Origin: Paramecium tetraurelia
Taxonomy: Eukaryota
DNA length: 64,000 bases
NCBI GenBank assembly: GCA_000165425.1
Contig: CT868341.1
Span: 1 to 64,000 of the forward strand
Direction: 5' to 3'
This document shows positions 13,154-26,689 of the stretch, one piece after another. The notes beneath the pieces were generated by a model, which was given only the letters and a program-made list of their open reading frames with translations, made no database searches and was not told where the DNA came from. Each line of letters begins with the position of its first letter. Position 1 is the stretch's first letter. The position numbers and the translations under genes are program-made.

Positions 13154-14120
13154 ATGATTTTAAGAATTGATCCTTTTCTGTTTTAGTACCATCATTAATT
13201 ATATCTCAGTCAAATTAATGAGTTATAAGAAAGTGAGGTTTATTTAGCAGATAGTTGCATCAATTAAATATATTTTAAACCTCTGATTCTACATCATGGA
13301 CAAAATAATTTGATTAAATAGAAATATTAAAAATAGTTACATATTTAAATCATTCAAATATGAGTAATACACGGATGATCAATCACATCAAAAATTTTCT
13401 TTATTAAAATAAACCATATTATAGTACTGATAAAACAGAAGATTCCTTTAACACTAATCCTGATTCTAAAGAAAAGACCTTTTTGCATGAATTTAAGATT
13501 CAACAAACTACCATGTAGACTGGATAGAGAGTAGAGATTTAATAATGAGTTTCATAATGATTTGATATTTTGATATCTAAATCTATTGAAAATTTCATTT
13601 TAGGCTAAAAATAAAATTTAACAATTAAGTCTCTAAGAGAGCTAATTACAACAAAATTATATCCTAATTATTAGAATATACCGATATTGATGAAAACATA
13701 TATGAAGATTTCGTTGGTTAAAATTTTCAACTAGTCACATCATTTCAAAAAAGACTATCATTGATTGATTAATAAAATATTTGATCTATCAATTAAATTT
13801 TAGAATAAGTGGTTTTTGATACATATCTATTTAATTTTAGCCCTCTTTGTCACTCCTCTTGATTAAGAAATATCATTAAGCTGCAATAATTGACTTTACA
13901 AAATGGGTATAGTTGAAGGATGTATGATTACTTTCCTAACATTTATGACTTTTTTTTATCAATACAATTATTTGCTTAAATGCTGATATTCTGCCATGTT
14001 GTAAGCTTTTTTACATTTTTTATGATGAGAGGGAGAAGCTGTGAAGATCTTAGGATTTAAAATTAGCAGCAAGAAGAACATTAAATTTGTGTCATTATTA
14101 GAATACTTATTCGCAATTAA
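13154..14120 (+). pseudogene. Decayed hypothetical gene
   Basis: Starts MILRIDPFLFQY..., then repeated TGAs and frame changes not explained by short introns. Confidence 0.3.
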
Positions 14121-14154
14121 TTTTTATTATTAATATTGTACTAAACCATCATCA

Positions 14155-14839
14155 TCATGATCTATAAAGATTTGGTCTTTTTGCTTTAAATACAGTTCTG
14201 AATTTTTTATGGCTTGCTCTTGGAACAGTCTTAACAATTGGGAATTTAATTGAATCTCCCTTTAATAGATAGCAAATTCTTATACTCTGTATTAATTTGT
14301 TTTGCCTCTCTTGATATCAGCGCTCTTTGTCAATACAGATGTTCTGAGAATGTGAATTGTTTATGGTTATGCTCTATGATTTCCTGCCATTTCTTAGTCT
14401 AAGGAATTGATTAATGGGATGCATACATAATTAAGACACTGCACCATTTAATGTAGTATCTCTGAATTCCTTATACATATTGTGTATTGTTGTTCTTGAT
14501 TGGTATTTAAGAACTATTCCATATGTCTTAACATTTGTGTCTCTTCTTTCAAACAATTCTTAAACTGCTAAAATCTAACCATGTGATGGTCTAAGTTTAT
14601 TTAATCTTCTTAAATTCCACCTAATTGGTAACCTTATGACCAATACCAAAATCTGCTTTTTGCTGCCACTGTATTTCTGGCAAAAATCCTCATGCTAATA
14701 ACTTTTGGATTTGGATCTTCTTTTGATGGAAGTCTTCTGCCTGATACTAAGTATTATCTAGTCTATGCAAGGTAAATTTCTTCTTTACTTTCATTTATAA
14801 AGAATTGTCTTAAGGGTCTTGGGCTGAGTTTTTGACCAT
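14155..14839 (-). CDS. RPL18A: 60S ribosomal protein L18a (eL20)
   Basis: [51 protein letters not shown]; four introns of 25-28 nt. Confidence 0.97.
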
Positions 14840-14922
14840 TTCTTATATTTTAAAAAAAGATTTAATTTATTATGCAATTTATCATCATAAACTTGTATTA
14901 TTATTATTATCGTAGAATAATT

Positions 14923-16194
14923 TCATTCTATTTCAATATCATCTAAAAATATTTTGAAGAGATCAGACATTTAAAGTGTGGAAATAGGTTCTTTGTTTTC
15001 ATTCAGACATACCAGACTACCTCTAGATGAGAGAAGCAAGTTTTCCACAACCTTTCGATAAATTAAAATAATACTTCTTTCACAGTTTACTTCATGTGAA
15101 AAAGCTCTTTATTACAAATACAAAAGCCAGCACACTTTGATTTTTCAATTCTAATAAAATTCAATAAATCAATGGCTTATTTATTGAGCTAATCTAAATG
15201 TTGAGTCATACCATGTCGTAGACTTGATATTTGAGGATAAATAAAAAATCCCTTCTATCAATCAAGCCTAAATACTAGTTATTAGCGTCCACAATAGGTA
15301 TAGCGTTTCTTTTGAAAACATAAATCAATTTATAAAACACACTAGAATAAGGAGAGTAATTTACTCATATACATTTGTATCAAATGGGAGTTTATCTTTC
15401 AATTAGAGTATCCCTTCACTAAAATAACTAATCTCCAATTCATGTTGTTCAGATGGTTGTTGATTTTCATTTCGAACCTCAATCTTCTGTGATTTTTAGG
15501 ATAATTATAAATGGAAATATTAGCTGAATCCTTTAACAAGAAAAGCCAAAATATCCTTTTGCTATAGGATGCCCACTATTACTCTAGATTCACTATCAAT
15601 AACTACAATTCTTGTTACTCCCTACTTTAAAATTTTTTTTATAGCATCATTTAGGTTATCAGCCATATCTGCCTAGACAAGATTGCTTTAATGAAGATTT
15701 TCTCCATATGAGTTAAACCAGTCTCTTACAGAGATTGTCTTCAAATCAATGAGAAACTTATTAATTTACTCCTAGCCAATTGCTTAGGTATTGTTGACAG
15801 GAGTTGATGTTCTATCTTCATCTTCTTCTTCTATTATGGGCTAAACTTAATTTTTATTATTTCCCCAGACTGCCTAAAATATGCTGGAAAGATTACCATT
15901 GGGAATGCCATTTAGAGTGTTTTGATAGCATTTGAGAATGATTCTAATCAAATCAGTTTGAGTGAACACTCCATCATAATAAGCTACATCTGGATTCCAA
16001 AACAATACTTCATCAATATGCGTCTCAATAAAGACATTGAAAACATCAAACAAAGAGAATGATTAATCAATTACACTGACTTAATTATTGATAGATAAGC
16101 AATCGTAAAGCGTGCTGTCCTATAAGAAAAATGTTAAGGTCTTCATATATTAATCTTTGATGATGTCCTCTTTACTTTACATTCTTTTCAACAT
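14923..16194 (-). CDS. CBS-domain protein, AMPK gamma/SNF4-like
   Basis: TLYDCLSINNQVSVID...LFWN...GVFTQTDLIRII and three more CBS-like units (GILQQKDIL, IPIVD..YLGLIDRRDF, LQMSDLFK). Confidence 0.8.
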
Positions 16195-16234
16195 TTATAA
16201 TTATTTAAAAATGATAATAATATTTGTTCAAAAA

Positions 16235-18803
16235 TCATCTTCTGCCATAATGGCCATCATTATTATACCCAAATTGATCTTATTATTGATAGTACTTCTG
16301 AATTTTGTAGTTTGAATTGATAAGCATATTTTGTTTATCATTCCATTCTTCAATAGCCTTATGTCTTGTCACTGGGTTTTCTCTGTCATAATCTGTATCA
16401 AATCCCAAACATCCTTCATCATATGGCTTAATCTATAAATTAAATTAGCAATCAGTTATACTTCTTCGTTGTTGACTACTGGGAACAAATATTCTGAGAT
16501 GTCTTCCATAGGTAAAGAAGCATAGATGATAGCAATCACCATCAACAGAACATCAATCTAGCTTATCTCTTTGAAAAATGCATATGTCATGATCATTTCT
16601 CCAAAGGCACTCCATACTATTATGTATTCCAACATCTCAATCATCTCTGTTGATAATTAAATGCTGATGGATTCCTTCACTGTTCTCCTCCTTAAAATGT
16701 TATAATAGTCAACATAATAGTAAATCAGAATTCCAAAAGCACTGCAAACTGTGCCTAAGGGAATGGCTGTACCATATAGAAAAGTAAACCACATTGTTTT
16801 CATAATATCTGAATACCTTTTGGCTGACAAATAGTCAGGCTCCTCCATTAATGTATTTGCTTCTTATTAAGTTAGTAAGGCTTTGTCACCCTTTCTTACA
16901 ATATACCATCTCCAGATGTTTTTACATAAACTCCAAGGATCTACACACCATATAAACGGAGGTAATATCGCATTCAGAATAAAAATCTAACTTTCGTTTT
17001 GTAAGAACCCTCCAGCTCCTTCCACATTCTTTAAAATCACAATATCCACCAAGAAACTAATAATAGCTGCATTCAAAAATAATGCTAAAGCATATTTGTA
17101 AACGAAGGATATTTAAAATTTAGTCTTACTGGATATTTTTTCGTCATCTACAATATAATGAACTATTTTGGCAACTGCAAATTTATTAAATAGAACAATG
17201 CTCAAGGATATAACATAAGATAGAATGTTTATTTTCAACATAGTATTATGATCCAATTTTCCTTGTATTTCTTCCTCTCTTGCCTCATCTCCATATTTAG
17301 CCACTTTATGTGAAATCAGATATATTGAGTAGAATGCTGCACTTTCAACCAAGATGTAAATTATCCAAGCCTTCATTCTCTTGCTTATCTTTTCTTCAGT
17401 TTTAACATGAATGAATTCCCAATCAACTTCATTTGGTTCTGGAGCCTGTTCAATAAATAATTTTTGATCATGCCATGATAAATCATTCTCGGACAATCCT
17501 TCTAATTTACCCTTATTCCAATATGACTTCATTCTCTCGAATTGGGTATGTTGATTCTCTTGTAACACTAGATTTTTCATATTTTCATCATCAAATGATA
17601 TGAATGCTATTCCGGCAAATTTTTTATTTTCTCTTTCATATTCCTTCTCAGTTTCATGTATTTTATGCTCCAGCTGTTTGATCTTCTAATCCATTTCCAA
17701 AACTTTTGGATGATTAAATTGATAATCATATTCTTTTATAAGATCTTTCTTCCTATCCACTAATTCATCTAGTTGTTTTTCCATCTCGATAATTTCTTCA
17801 ATATCATAAACGAGAACAACCTTCTTCACTACAATAGATTTCGTATCTGAAATAACTGCACAAGTCTCAAACATATGTTTCAATTCCCATTTGTAATCTA
17901 ACCCTAGTCCTAAAGGAATATTCTTGACACAAACCGTATAATCAGCAGGTGTCAAGAGTTCCTCGTCTATTGTTGTATCTATCTATCTCTAGCTTTTTCT
18001 AAAATAGATGAGAACCATCATTACAATAAATAGGTTTATAAAGTTTAAGATTTGCACATGCTCCAAAGCTTAACGATTGCTAGTTTTAAAATAGAAAATA
18101 CTCCAATTTATTAGCTAATGATAATTTCAAGAACAATGATTCTGAACAGTTTGGTAATTCTACTATATGTCCTTCTAATTTTTCTCTTTTAAAGTGACTG
18201 CAATATGATCCCTCATAACTGGTATAGAGATTATATATCTGCTTAGTGACCAAAGTTATGAACAAGATTATTATGCAATATTTAAGATAATTGTAAAATA
18301 AGGTGAATCCAGAACCTAGAAATGATAAGGCCATGGGATTTGAACAGTACGGGATATCATCTCTCTCTACTTCAAATCCACAGCAAGGACAGGTTTCAAC
18401 TGATTGATAATAGGAATAAGCATACCATTTGTAGTTTTATTAATGTCCTTCTTTTTCTCTAAAGCTGTCCTTCTTGATTAAGCATGTTTTCTAGCCAATT
18501 CCCAATTGCATGGCATGGTGAGAGGATGATAATGTTAGCCTTTAGATGAGTGCTAATGGGGATCAATCTGACTATGATTAACTTCATGAGATTGTTGGTT
18601 ATTGATCTCCTCAATTTTGGAAACAGGCAATTATGAGACCCTAGATTAATCAAACTGATTCTGTTATTGTGGATTTAATGTCTATGACAAATAAATATAG
18701 AACAGATTACCTAACCTTTGACATTAGAGTTGAACTAGTTTGGAGCAACGCCCATAAAGTGTTGGAAATTCGAAGGAGGATTGGTTTAACTGTTGTATTT
18801 CAT
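16235..18803 (-). CDS. OSCA/TMEM63 (CSC1)-like multi-pass channel of the TMC/TMEM16/OSCA superfamily
   Basis: TPADYTVCVKNIP, FAGIAFISF, EQAPEPNEVDWE, many TM helices, N-terminal CPCCG. Confidence 0.85.
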
Positions 18804-18876
18804 ATTTATTTTGAAAATAAATACAATATAGTTAATAATTTTTATTAAAGTAAAATTTATCATAAAATATTTTATT

Positions 18877-20554
18877 ATGTAGCCATAAAATTAGTTTTCA
18901 TTATTTGGGAATGTGCAAGCGAATGAAGCTGAATAAAATAGTGAAGTCAAGAAAAAAAGAGAAGAATTTGCAACAGAAATCAGGTCCAGGGAAAGAAATA
19001 ACATAATAAACAATAAAAGATTAGCTTAAAATGTAGTTCATATTGATTAATCATTTAGAATTAAGTCAACCAAATTCCTGAATCCTTGCCATTAATACCT
19101 CCCACTCTTCCGTAAGATTTACAATTAGCCTTAAAAACTCAGCAAGAGCAACTCATGAAACGATCATTTTCATTTGAAGATTTTCCTGATGTTCTACAAA
19201 AGATCTTTTCAACTGATGTATTGTAATTACATTACGGAGTGACAGGATTAAGAAAGATGTTGTCAGTTGAAGTAAGAAATACATTTTAATTTTAAAGTCA
19301 GGCGCTCCAATTTAGTAGGTCATTGACGCAAATTTGGTACCTAAATTGATTGACATGATATAAAAAGAGCAAATTCCACAACTCGTTCTTGAAGCTGCTT
19401 GGGCTTTAACAAATGTTGCAAGTGGAACGACTCAACAAACTCAATCCATTATTGACAAGGGAGGAATATATTTATTTGTTAAACTCTTGAGTTCGTAATA
19501 CAGAGATATTGCTGAACAAGCAGTATGGGCCATAGGAAATATTGCTGGAGATTGCACCTAATACAGAGACCTTATATTAAGAGTAGGTGGAGTCGATCCC
19601 TTGATAACCATTATGCAAAACTCTCCAAACAAAAACACAATTAAACATTGCACATGGTCATTGAGCAATCTTTGCAGAGGAAAGCCAATTCCTGATTTTA
19701 AGGTATTTACCAAATTCTATTAATAAATAGTATGTCAAAAATGCTTTACCTGTATTTTGCAAAGTCATCATAGATGAGACTGACCCTGAAGTTTTGACTG
19801 ATGCTTGTTGGGCCTTGTCCTACTTAAGTGATGGAGACAACAGCAGATTATAAACTGTGATTGATTCTCAAGTTGTCCCAACCTTAATTAAATTACTTGA
19901 TCATTCATCTCTTTAACTAGTTATCCCAACTCTTAGGATTTTGGGAAATGTTGTAACTGGAGACGAAACCTAAACAACATATGTATTAAATTAAGGTTTG
20001 TTACTAAAAATACCAAAGTTGCTCTCTCATGACAAGAAGGCCATCAGAAGAGAAGTAATACTCTATCTTATCATAGGCTTGTTGGACAATCTCAAACATT
20101 ACTGCAGGAAGTAGCAATCAGGTTAGCTAAGTCGTTAGAGATTCTGCAATTTTGGAGAAACTCTTTACATTAATGACTACTGATGTAGAAGAAATTGTAA
20201 GGGAAGCAACTTGGGCCATTTCCAATTCAACTAAGCATGGAAGCAATTCAGACATATAATTGCTAGTTTAAAAAGGATTGCTTAATGTGTTTAAATAACT
20301 ATTAGAAGGAGACGACACACAAACTATGACTGTGGTTCTTGAGGCTTTATTAAATGTCTTAAAGAGAGGTATTTCATTCTCTTTATAGTTTAGGTGATTA
20401 AGATTTTAAAGATGATAATTATTACTTAACTTAATTGGAATAAATGGGAGTAATTTCAAAGATAGAATTATTACAAAAACATTAGAATTAGAGTGTTTAT
20501 CAAAAATGCTTTAGCATTTTAGAATAATATTATGAAGCTGAATCAGAATTATGA
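18877..20554 (+). CDS. Importin alpha (karyopherin alpha)
   Basis: IBB-like KKKREE..IR..R; ARM repeats [47 protein letters not shown]. Confidence 0.97.
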
Positions 20555-20600
20555 TATATCTGTTAAAATAATTAATATAGATTTATTAATTATAAACATT

Positions 20601-22403
20601 TCAAATTAGCTATGACTACATTTGTGATTTCTTTTTGTCCTTTTTTCTTTCTTACTTAGATTTATAATCATCACTCATTAACTTCTGATTTATCTTTGAA
20701 AATGGATTTTGTTAGATCATCATCTCTACTGTTTTAGGTTGAGTCTTAAACTTCTCATTCTCGTGTCTCTGTCTGACTTTCTCAACGCACCCTAAAGCCA
20801 ATAAACAAACTTCATTATCACAATTAGTTACCTAATAGCAATACGAAAACGAGAATCAAGGTTTTAATTAGCTCATCTTCTAATATAGGTTCTGGATAAG
20901 ATAGTTGCACATTTAAATAAAAACTATGCCTTACAACTAAATCTCTATTTACTTCCCCATCAATAAATTATGTAACATTATACTTAACTTGATAACTTTG
21001 TTAAGTTAATATTTAAGTTTCTATTAATTATTGATACATAATTTACCATTGTTACTATAACATTTGACTCCTGCAGGTGTAAAGTTGTATCTAACTAAAA
21101 ATGCCCCTGAACCTGTTACACCAAAAAAGAAATCATCGTATTGGAACCCAGTAATATTGAACTTCTTTAACAAGGGATAATCTGTTATATTTTAATCGAA
21201 AAACATGAAGTTACGAACACCAAACAATGTGTATATGGTAGGTTCAGTGTCTGGGTTAACTAATTTAAAGGAATTAGAGAATATAAGCTAATGATGAATT
21301 AAACCTTGTATTAAAACAAACTCATCTGTTACTTTTAACCCTACAACTTTCTAGTAAGAGATATGTTAATTCACAATTTCATACCCTTCAATGTTTTTGT
21401 CGTACAAATATTCAATTATAGAGTATCGAAATAACTCTTTATAAACAACAAACACATTTCTACCATTTTTTGTATCAACTGCAATACCTCCCTCTTTTCT
21501 TGGTATTTCTGGTCTCACTTTGTACTTGAATTCGCCATCATCAATCTCTACTGCCAATTCAATTAATCCAATCACAACATCTAACATGAACATATGAAAC
21601 TCATCATGATCTTTCTTAATTACAATAAAATCTGATAATTTTGTAAAATCAGGAAACAGCCTAATCAAATCTATTGTTAATTCAAATCTAACGTCATATG
21701 ATGATACTCTATAAACATCAATTCCCTCTCTGCCCACACTACTGTAAACATAACCAAAATATTCTTTTGTAAGTCCTCTCTCTTTTCTCTTCTTCCAAGA
21801 TGAAGCAGTGTACAAAATTAAGTGTTTTGAATTTGCATCCATTTCATACATACTAAAAAACTGTGCACTGTTCGGATATAACACCAACACTAAATTATTT
21901 GTCTTCAGGTATAGAATTTGAGGGATTTCTTCCTTATCTTCAGTCGTTGGAGCATAAGCCTATAAATCTACCTTCCATCGAAATCCTGCAAATTCGTACG
22001 GATTTCCATAATCTGGGAAACTGAATATCTCATGGATGTAATTGTAGTTAAATTTCAAATGATAAATCTTGGCATTCGAAGTAATAGCTATAAAACCATC
22101 TCTAACATGGACCATTGAAATGAATTATCCGAAATTTAATGGAGTTTCTTCTTAATAAACATAATCAGTCAGATCCTTCTCTGTAATAATATTCATTGTT
22201 TTTGTCTCAGTTTTGACAGCTGGTTGTTGAGACCAACAGTAACTATCATTTTGATTTCCAATTAAAATTGAATCTGCTGCTCCAGGCATCGTAATTATTG
22301 TTGTTGCTCTATCCAAATGAAATTTCTTAGTTTAGTTTTTGTCAGTCACCTCCTTAATTATAATTCCTTCTATTAACTTAACTAAAATTAGAATTAAAAT
22401 CAT
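20601..22403 (-). CDS. Type I membrane protein with beta-rich ectodomain (paralogue A)
   Basis: Signal peptide MILILILVKLIEG, long open frame, TM TLILVFVLLLVCLLALGCV, basic tail. Confidence 0.8.
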
Positions 22404-22498
22404 TATTTTATCATTATATAATGAAAATTTGAAAACAAGAAAGTATTCTTTATTTGTTCTTATTAAAATATAAATTAAAAATAACATCATTCACATTT

Positions 22499-24291
22499 TC
22501 AAGGAGCCTAAATCACTTAACTTTCATCAAATTTTATTTGGTTATGAGAATCATTCATTTTTTATTTATTTTCTATTTCAACTTCTAACCTTATCTCCTC
22601 CTTTCTAAATTATTAAAACTTATAACAAATTGCACTTACTATTTAATAATTATATTGAATTAATACCAAAGAAAAATATCACAAATCCCAAAACTATTAA
22701 TATAACATAAATTATGTTAATTTGCTATTCAAATAAGAAGGTTCTAACAACTTCAACTTAAAAGTTTTTTGTAGTTCTGATTACCTTATCTTTGGCAACA
22801 ATATTATTTGAAATGTAAGATTAATTATATTGTAAACTATAAAACTACTTTGTATTTTTTAATTACTCTAGATATAATAAGAGATATTTACTATTATCGG
22901 TGAAACAAACTACACTAGCAGGAACAAATTTAAATTTGGTTAAAAATGCATTAGTTGCAGTGACTCCAAAAAAGAAATCATCATATTAATATTCATCAGA
23001 TTCAGCAGCATTTTTGAGATCGTCATTTGAATAAGAATATTTAAAAAATTCAAAATCTCTCATACCTATTTAGGAGAACCTTATCTGCTATTTGTGTGGA
23101 GCAATAAAATCATAGCCATTTTAAAACACTATTTGATGATTGTTTACTCCGCTAATAATTGCAAACTCATCTGTAGCATCAACATCTAATATTCTATAAT
23201 TACTCTCTCTTTTTGTGATAATGGAATAACTGCGTTTTGTAAAATCCACATAATATTCAATATAAAAGTGAATTCCATTATCTTCAAAGGCAGCAAATAC
23301 ATTTTGACCATTCTTTGTATCAACTGCTATGCCATTTGGTATTGGTTCAACCTCAATAACTCTCTCAAAACTTAAAGTATCCTAATTGATGTACATATAG
23401 GCCAAAACTAAACCTAATTTTGCATCTAGCAAATAAAATTAATATTTTCCTTCATCAACTTTTAATATAGCAAAATCCTTTAAATCCAATTAATGATTAA
23501 ATATATTCAAATCTTTGAAAGTAATTGTTGTTTAATATAAAACTAATAATTCTTGAATCTTATAGATATCCAAACCTGCCTTCCCAACTGCTGAGAACAA
23601 ATACCCTTCAACTTCTTTTGTTAGTCCTCTCTCATCTCTGCTTATGAAAGTAGAAACTTAATAAATAGAAAGCTTATTTTAATTGGTCTCCATTTCGGAA
23701 ACACTAAAATAATGAGCAGTATCAGTGAATAAAAGGAAAGCAAGATTTCTAGTTTTTGAATAAACTATCTGGGGTAATTATTATTTTGACTCAGTTGATA
23801 TCAGAATCTCCTAAAGATTCGCCTTCCAAACTAGACCTGCAAAATCACCGCCATTTCCATATTTCGCAAAACCATGCTAACTTATTACTTTATCATAATT
23901 GAATTTCAATAAGTATGCTACAGAATCAGATGTAATAGCAATCATTCCATCATTAACATGAACCATCCCAATGAATTATCTAAAATTTAATGGAGTATCA
24001 TTCTCAAACTCATAACTATTAATCAATTATTTAATCTATATACTCTTTGAATTCATCAGATTTAAGTATGGTAAATTATTATGTCTGTGTTTAAACAGTT
24101 TATTGTTTTACTTCGCAAAAACTCTGTTTTTCGAAACTCTCTAAAACAGCATCTTCAGCCTCAGGTATTCTTAATATTATCTTGGGTTCACCAAAATGTA
24201 TTTTGAAATATTCTGTAGAATCTTAATTTTCTTAGATTAGTACATTTCCTAGATTGGTGTTGATCAAAATTGATATAAACAAAACAAGCAT
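22499..24291 (-). CDS. Type I membrane protein with beta-rich ectodomain (paralogue B)
   Basis: Signal peptide MLVLFISILINT; shares TPLNF.QFI.MVHV.DG.IAITS, ERGLTKE, DDSFFGVT with A; TM IIYVILIVLGFVIFSLVLI. Confidence 0.8.
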
Positions 24292-24380
24292 TAAATTATC
24301 TAATCTTATTAAATTAATAAAGTGTTCAGGAGGGAATTTTATTAGCCTAAGCTTGTACTCAAATACTTATAATTAATTTA

Positions 24381-25562
24381 ATGGATATATTTTTATCTAA
24401 GTTGAATTGGTTGATCCATATAAAGAAGCTCTTTGTGAAGGAAAGCGTGTTAGACATTTAAGATTTGATCAGTTCTTTAAAGGATGAGATTATTACAGAA
24501 TAAGTTAATCCTCAAGATGAATTATTTTCATTAGAAGAAGTTATTGAAGAAGTTTATAAATATAAGAAAATTAGATTAACATACGATGACTTCTTTTAAA
24601 TTATTGGTAATCTTCATTAATAGGATCCACAATTGTCAACTTGTGTGAATTCTTTAACAGATTCTATTAATGATCTGACATTGAATGATGCCAAAGTCAA
24701 ATAAGAAATCAGAGTATCATATCATGACCCAACAAAATTAATTAAGACCCAACAAAGTTGCAAAGCATCTAAGATTTCTAAAAGTCCAAGAATGAGGATT
24801 GAGAATTTACAAGAAGCATAAAAGAAGATTCTCGCTAAAATAACTCATATAGAAAATGAGATAGAGTATGTATGATTATTTGAATATATAACGAAGTAGA
24901 AGTAGTAGCATCAATTAAAGAAGACACATTTTTAATAAATTAAGGAATTAACAAAATAACTCCAATAAAATGAATAGGAGATAATTTTAAATGGGATAGG
25001 CTCCTTTACACTTTCAGACTTTTATTTAGTTTTCCATAATTTAAATAAAGCGATATTTAATGTCTAAACACTTATTTTTAATGATAGGTGTTCAGAAATT
25101 CGAGAAGTAACCATGATATTTAAGAACCTATAATTTTTGAGCATAAATTCCTTGTGTATTAAAGAACTAAAGTTAGAGGAGTTGACAGCTCTAAAAGTTT
25201 TATCTGTAGCGGGAAATAATTTAAAGTCTTTGGAAGGATTGCCACCAAATTTAGTTGAACTGTATGCTCAACACAACTAAATTTCCTAGTTAAGCAATAC
25301 GAAATGTTTAAAGATATTAAATATCAGTTAAAACTGCATATCATCTTTGCAATAATTGCTACACATTAATAAATCATTAGAATTTATCAATTGTCATTAA
25401 AATTAATGTGCGTTATCTAAGGATTACAAAAGATTGCTTTTTAAAATATTCCCAAATTTAAAGGGAGTAGATAAGGATGATTTATTACAGCATTCAATAA
25501 TTTAGTAGAACAATTTTCATTATAAGAAGGAATAAATGGACTTTTCTTTTAGTTAATCATGA
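24381..25562 (+). CDS. Leucine-rich repeat protein
   Basis: LKVLSVAGNNLKSL, LVELYAQHNQISQL, LKILNISQNCISSL, LRR cap-like YKRLLFKIFPNLKGVD. Confidence 0.85.
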
Positions 25563-25603
25563 TTATAATTTATTTTAAATATATTTAAGTTTTGCTTACA
25601 TCA

Positions 25604-26653
25604 TCAACACTTTTTTTGTTCCTTCTATAAGAGTTGTGCTCTTTAGATCACTTCACTCAAATTGATGTCTTATTTCTCTAGATTTTGTAGAATCAACAAA
25701 ATTTATCCAAAATCTCCTACGATTAAGTCTTCCCTCAATTAAATCAAGAAGGATACTGCTAAGCAGAATAAGAATTCTTCTCTGTTGTTTTTCTAGCAAA
25801 ACAAACAGTCCCATATACGTAAAGAATCATCTATGTGAAAATCTTAAGCGAACAAAATCATAAACCATTTTACATATAGGATAGAAAAATCCATTTTTTG
25901 ACTCACTAAATGATCATGCAATTTCCAATCTACTTTCTTTAATAAATCCTAAAATGTCCTTACTTTTTCCTTTTAAAGCTAAAAGTTGTTTTTCAAACTT
26001 GTCATCAATATCATAAAACAGTAAAATGCATCACTCTCATTCTGTAATTTCTCATTTGGATCACTCATACACACATACAGACTAAATCTATTTAGCATTA
26101 CATTAATGCAGCAAATTCATTCATTCCTTAGACATAATCCATTTTATTTAATTTACAACACAAAAATAAAATCCTAGTTAACATCTCTCTATATTCCTCT
26201 TTTCCCAATTCCTTTACTCTAGTCCTAATGACATCCTTCTAGATTTTAGACCATAATTATTAATCTTAAAAATGATTATTCCAATCAGAATCTGTATTTC
26301 TAGATAGAGGATGATCATTCTTTTTTTAAGGAGGTGCTTTCTTAATATTTTCTATTTTAATATTGTTGTAATTGTCCTTGTTTTTAATAATCACCTAAGT
26401 CCAATACTTTTTATTCAAAGGGAAATACCTTCAACAATTAAATTTTTTACCCCAACAACAATCTCCACGCTATTCCTCGTAATCTATTTGTTTAATTTGT
26501 AAACCCTTATTGGCACAACTTTATTAGGCCATCCTCGTCCACAAATTCATTTCTCAGAATATTTTACACATCCTTAATCAGTTATTGATTCTCATTAGAA
26601 ATCCCTGCCAAATTTTATGAAAGACTTTCGATATCAAAATCTTAGTTTAACAT
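25604..26653 (-). CDS. TBC-domain Rab GTPase-activating protein (TBC1D13-like)
   Basis: LRGIAWRLLLGYFP, DHPLS, IQKDVIRT (Arg finger), YVQGMNE (Gln finger), ESDAFYCF, LRIWDCL. Confidence 0.9.
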
Positions 26654-26689
26654 AAACTAATAAATATTATTTAATAATATGGAATTTTA

